A DNA stretch of 64,000 nt. Origin: a virus. Taxonomy: Duplodnaviria; Caudoviricetes. The DNA lies in IMG/VR virus record IMGVR_UViG_3300028591_000119, positions 58,279-122,278 of that record, one strand, 5' to 3'. Positions 59,893 to 64,000 of the stretch are shown in pieces. A program made the translations under genes and the position numbers. Under the pieces are notes generated by a model. It ran no database searches. It was given only the letters and a program-made list of their open reading frames with translations, and was not told the DNA's origin. Every line of letters begins with the position of its first letter. Position 1 is the stretch's first letter.

Positions 59893-60510
59893 TTAATCAG
59901 ATACTATCGGATGATGAGTTTGAACTGATTCAAACATTTTCTGAATTCGTTCGGTTTCAGCTTTTCTAAGACGAAGTTCACGTTCGTCTTCTGCTTTAAA
60001 ATCAATGTTCTTATAAGGATAACATAAACGCTGATATATTGCGTTTTCTACCTTACTAACAAACGGGTCGATTCTATAAGCAGGATCAGCATCATCGTAT
60101 TTTCCAGCACAATATCCAATAGAAGAAGTCTGATCACAGATAACCCTTACTGTAAGGTCTTTTCTTTGATCAAGATCAAATTCTACTATATCTCCCTGAT
60201 GTCTTCCCATAACGCATGGTAACGGAATAGCTTCAGGAAATATATGGACATTATATTCTTCGATAGGGGCTGGTGATGGAACTCCGACTTCGATAAAATT
60301 GACTCTAATCATCCACTCCATATCAGGGTCATAATGATCCTGTTGTTCGAGAGCAAATGCTCTAATCAATTTCTCTTCAGGTGTTAAAGAAGTTTCATCG
60401 TTCGGATTATAACAATCTTTACCACCAGTTCTTTCCATATGATCCCATCTGAGTCTAAAAATAGGACTTCCATTGATTGACATTCTGTACATTGGTTTTG
60501 TTTCTGCCAT
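59893..60510 (-). CDS. Hypothetical protein
   Basis: ATG 60510 with GGAGG SD; TATATTAT at 60531-60538. Confidence 0.7.
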   Translation of the reverse strand: MAETKPMYRMSINGSPIFRLRWDHMERTGGKDCYNPNDETSLTPEEKLIRAFALEQQDHYDPDMEWMIRVNFIEVGVPSPAPIEEYNVHIFPEAIPLPCVMGRHQGDIVEFDLDQRKDLTVRVICDQTSSIGYCAGKYDDADPAYRIDPFVSKVENAIYQRLCYPYKNIDFKAEDERELRLRKAETERIQKMFESVQTHHPIVSD

Positions 60511-60567
60511 ATTATAAATCCTCCAAAAGAATAATATATAAAATTTCATATCCAATAAATAAAAAAT

Positions 60568-60594
60568 AAAACCAGAGGCATTGCCTCTGGTTTT
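60568..60594 (-). terminator. Intrinsic terminator after the Cys-repeat gene
   Basis: AAAACCAGAGGCA-T-TGCCTCTGGTTTT. Confidence 0.8.
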
Positions 60595-60626
60595 TATAAA
60601 TCATAGCTTAATCAAATGTATTGCAT

Positions 60627-63600
60627 TTACACGTTGTTTTTAACTGTAGGATATCCTGATCCAGTAGCATCTGGTCCTGAGAAATATCCTGCTTTCTTAG
60701 CAGTATCATTCTTATCAATTCTAGTATTACCAAATTTATTTTTAAGATTAAACTTAGCATAATAATCAGGATCAGTATTAACTGCGTTCGGTGTATTAGC
60801 AAATGGTTGATTATAAACTGTTTGAGTAGTTTGAGGATCATTCACTACGTGATCTGGCGCGGGATCTGCTGATACTGCTATAACAGGTAAATTTCTATAT
60901 GTAGATTTAGTAACCATACCGGTACAAGCTTCACCACATCCGTATTCACAAGATACAGAACAAGTTCCAATACAATTAGTATAACAACTTTGTCCACAAT
61001 CAAAATGACACGTACTATAACAACCAATTTTACAAGAAGTTGCACATGTAGAAGATTTACATGAACCCATACATCCACTCATACATTTATCTTTACAAGA
61101 CGTATTAGAGCATTCCGATGAACAAGTTACATCACAAGTGCCTTGGCATGATTTTCTACACGCTTCACCACACGTACTAGTTTTACAGTTTCCAGTACAA
61201 TCAGATGCACAAGTACCAGTACAAGCAGATTTACAATTTCCAGTACACTGTTGACCACAAGTTCCTTTACAACCTGCGTTAGAACATGTTCCAGTACATT
61301 GTAAACCACAATCACCAGAACAGTTGGCTCCAGCACAATTGCTAGAACAGTTGGTTTTACATGCAGCGCCAGTACAAACACTTCCTCCACACGTTCCTTT
61401 ACAATTAGCTGAACAAACTGATGAACATCCTGCTGATGCACAAGTACCAGTACAAGCAGATTTACATCCAACAGAACAGTTACTTGAGCAAGATTCTCCG
61501 GAACATGCGTTGTGACATTTATTAGTACAAGTACCAGTACTACATGTTCCTAAACATTTACCTGTACATCCTGCTGATGTACATACATTATAACATGCAT
61601 TACCTGAACAACTAGCACCACAAGTACCTTTACAACCTGAGGCATCACAACTTCCGGTACAAGCATTAGAACACGTTTTAGTACATCCACCAGCTGTACA
61701 TACTGTACTACAGTTGCTACTACCACAATATCCAGTACAAGCACTAGTACATAAATTTTTACAACCACTAGTGCAAGAAGTATCACAACTGGTTGCACAA
61801 GTTTGACTTTTACAATTAGATCCACTACATGTTCCACTACATTTACCTGCACAAACGGTTTCACAACCACCATAGCAAGTTTTACCAGAACAACTAGAAC
61901 CACAATATCCACTACAACCTGAAGCATCACAATTTCCAGTACAAGCATTAGAACACGTTTCAGTACATCCACTACTTGTACAATTTACGGCACAGCTACT
62001 ACTACCACAGTATCCACTACAAGCAGCACCAACAGCACACAAGCTATTACAAGCATCAATACAAGAAGTATCACAACCAGTTGCACAAGTTTGACTTTTA
62101 CAATTAGATCCACTACATGTTCCACTACATTTACCTGCACAAACGGTTTCACAACCACCGTAACAAGTTTTACCAGAACAACTAGAACCACAATATCCAC
62201 TACAATCTGCGTTAGAACATGTTCCAGTACAAGCTTTAGAACACGTTTCAGTACATCCATTACCTGTACATACTGTACTACAGTTGCTACTACCACAATA
62301 TCCAGTACAAGCACTAGTACATAAATTTTTACAACCACTAGTGCAAGAAGTACCACAACTGGTTGCACAAGTTTGACTTTTACAATTAGATCCACTACAT
62401 GTTCCACTACATTTACCTGCACAAACGGTTTCACAACCACCGTAACAAGTTTTACCAGAACAACTAGAACCACAATCACCAGTACAAGCCTCGTAACAAC
62501 TGCCTTTACATTCTAAAGCACATGTTCCACTACAACTGTCTTTACAATTAGCTGTTGAACAAGTATTTTTACAACCATCACCACAGTTTGATGTACAATC
62601 AGATGCACAATCTCCAGCACATGCTTTATGACATTTACTGTCACAACTTGTATTACATGTTCCAGTACAATTACCTGTACAAACGGTTTCACAACCACCA
62701 AAACAAGTTTTACCTGAACAGCTAGAACCACAATCCCCAGTACAAGCCTCGTAACAACTACCTTTACATTCATTAGAACATGTTCCGGTACAGGCGTCTT
62801 TACAGTTATCACTACAACCTGTTATACAATTATCACTGCATTGACCGACACAATCAGATGCACAGATTCCTGCACATGCTTTATGACATTTACTGTCACA
62901 ACTTGTATTACATCTTCCACCACAGCTTCCAGCACATTCATAACCACAAGAACTACGACAAGTTTTACTTACACAATTGGCTACACAGTTGTTAGTACAT
63001 CCGGAAGAAGAACATCTACCAGTACAACTACCATAACATAAACTAGAACAAATATTTTTACAGTCAACAGTTTCACATCCGTTCATACAGCCGCCGCAAT
63101 TAGTGGAACAGTTTTGTCCGCAACCAGCACCACAAGAGGCATATTGATTTCCGCCACACGAGCCGGTACAATTATCTTTTGAACATGTTCCAGAACAAGC
63201 GTTGTAACATTTTCCAGAACAACTACTTGAACAAGCGCCAAATCCACAGTTTACTCGACAATCACCAGTACATCCACTAGAACATGCACCATAACAATTA
63301 AATCCACACATGCCAGTACAAACATTTTCTATACAAGTTGCATCACAATTTGCTTTACATGCAGCACCAGTACAATTACTTCCTCCACACGTTCCTTTAC
63401 ACTTTGAAGCATCACAATTTCTAGTACAATCATTAGAACATGTTTCAGTACATCCTCCAGCCGTACATACTGTACTACAGTTATTACTACCACAATATCC
63501 TGTACAAGCACTAGTACACTCTTCTTTACAATCACCAGTACAAGTAGTACTACAACTGGCTGCACAAGTTTGACTTTTACAATCAGATCCACTACATGTT

Positions 63601-63998
63601 CCACTACATTTACTAGTACAAACGGTTTCACAACCACCATAGCAAGTTTTACCAGAACAACTAGAACCACAATCACCAGTACAACCTGAAGCATCACAAT
63701 TTCCGGTACAAGCATTAGAACACGTTTCAGTACATCCTCCTGATACACACGTTGTTTTACAGTCGCTACTACCACAATATCCACTACAACCATCAGTACA
63801 TAAATTTTTACAACCACTAGTGCAAGAAGTACTACAACTGGTTGCACAAGTTTTGTCTTTACAAGATGATCCACTACATGTTCCACTACATTTACCTGTA
63901 CAAACGGTTTCACAACCACCATAGCAAGTTTTACCAGAACAACTGCTGCCACAATCCCCAGTACAAGCGTCGTAACAACTATCTTCACAACCATTAGC
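60627..63998 (-). CDS. Giant Cys-x-x-x repeat protein (>1,120 aa), 5'-truncated by the window edge
   Basis: The frame of the 894-aa track ORF stays open upstream of Met 63311 to the window end (ANGCEDSCYDACTGDCGSSCSGKTC...); Cys every 4th-5th residue; Cys-free C-terminal tail of about 95 aa. Confidence 0.9.
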   Translation of the reverse strand, partial: ANGCEDSCYDACTGDCGSSCSGKTCYGGCETVCTGKCSGTCSGSSCKDKTCATSCSTSCTSGCKNLCTDGCSGYCGSSDCKTTCVSGGCTETCSNACTGNCDASGCTGDCGSSCSGKTCYGGCETVCTSKCSGTCSGSDCKSQTCAASCSTTCTGDCKEECTSACTGYCGSNNCSTVCTAGGCTETCSNDCTRNCDASKCKGTCGGSNCTGAACKANCDATCIENVCTGMCGFNCYGACSSGCTGDCRVNCGFGACSSSCSGKCYNACSGTCSKDNCTGSCGGNQYASCGAGCGQNCSTNCGGCMNGCETVDCKNICSSLCYGSCTGRCSSSGCTNNCVANCVSKTCRSSCGYECAGSCGGRCNTSCDSKCHKACAGICASDCVGQCSDNCITGCSDNCKDACTGTCSNECKGSCYEACTGDCGSSCSGKTCFGGCETVCTGNCTGTCNTSCDSKCHKACAGDCASDCTSNCGDGCKNTCSTANCKDSCSGTCALECKGSCYEACTGDCGSSCSGKTCYGGCETVCAGKCSGTCSGSNCKSQTCATSCGTSCTSGCKNLCTSACTGYCGSSNCSTVCTGNGCTETCSKACTGTCSNADCSGYCGSSCSGKTCYGGCETVCAGKCSGTCSGSNCKSQTCATGCDTSCIDACNSLCAVGAACSGYCGSSSCAVNCTSSGCTETCSNACTGNCDASGCSGYCGSSCSGKTCYGGCETVCAGKCSGTCSGSNCKSQTCATSCDTSCTSGCKNLCTSACTGYCGSSNCSTVCTAGGCTKTCSNACTGSCDASGCKGTCGASCSGNACYNVCTSAGCTGKCLGTCSTGTCTNKCHNACSGESCSSNCSVGCKSACTGTCASAGCSSVCSANCKGTCGGSVCTGAACKTNCSSNCAGANCSGDCGLQCTGTCSNAGCKGTCGQQCTGNCKSACTGTCASDCTGNCKTSTCGEACRKSCQGTCDVTCSSECSNTSCKDKCMSGCMGSCKSSTCATSCKIGCYSTCHFDCGQSCYTNCIGTCSVSCEYGCGEACTGMVTKSTYRNLPVIAVSADPAPDHVVNDPQTTQTVYNQPFANTPNAVNTDPDYYAKFNLKNKFGNTRIDKNDTAKKAGYFSGPDATGSGYPTVKNNV

Positions 63999-64000
63999 AC
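61600..64000. repeat. Coding tandem repeat of about 282 bp (94 aa) inside the Cys-rich gene
   Basis: Anchor TTTTACC(A/T)GAACA at 61880, 62168, 62450, 62708, 63647 and 63929 (spacings 288, 282, 258, gap, 282). Confidence 0.9.

Noticed and set aside
870-59969. Numerous short antisense or nested ORFs in the track (e.g. 1783-2037, 28387-28713, 52278-52643)
   Set aside because: They lie within longer genes with SD and motif support and mirror their composition
60878-64000. Val-rich and Thr-rich ORFs overlapping the Cys-repeat gene, including 63329-64000
   Set aside because: Shadow frames produced by repeated TGT/ACA codons; the Cys frame is the continuous one
61600-64000. CRISPR array or DGR template/variable repeat
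   Set aside because: Repeats are in-frame coding units of 258-288 bp with no unique spacers, and no cas or reverse transcriptase gene is in the window
1-64000. tRNA/rRNA genes, introns, inteins, stop-codon recoding, chimallin
   Set aside because: No cloverleaf with T-loop consensus seen; RNAP, helicase and gyrase frames are uninterrupted; TAA, TAG and TGA all end genes; no ORF could be recognised as chimallin by eye (a search is needed to exclude it)

Overview
AT-rich, densely coding segment (mostly - strand) of a phiKZ/AR9-like jumbo myophage genome. It carries virion genes (gp6-like baseplate wedge, tube-like baseplate protein, portal, internal head proteins with S/A/G-x-E maturation motifs, tail assembly chaperone), a split RNA polymerase beta' N-terminal subunit, DnaB-like helicase, primase, GyrA/ParC, SSB-like protein, a GroEL-like chaperonin, a tubulin/FtsZ (PhuZ/TubZ-like) protein and a secreted NucA-type nuclease. 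Two phage promoter motifs recur (TATATTAT and RACA-N6-TG), and most operons end in a hairpin terminator. Highlights: (1) a nuclease-free Nop-domain/IS110-related protein (TasA-like, 36749-37699) followed by a short dual-repeat array of about 37-nt units, i.e. a candidate minimal TIGR-Tas RNA-guided system; (2) a >1,100-aa Cys-x-x-x repeat protein running off the right edge; (3) a clean -1 frameshift site fusing the tail chaperone to the next ORF; (4) several structured non-coding elements, including a possible small-ORF attenuator. All calls come from motif recognition by eye; no database searches or folding programs were run.
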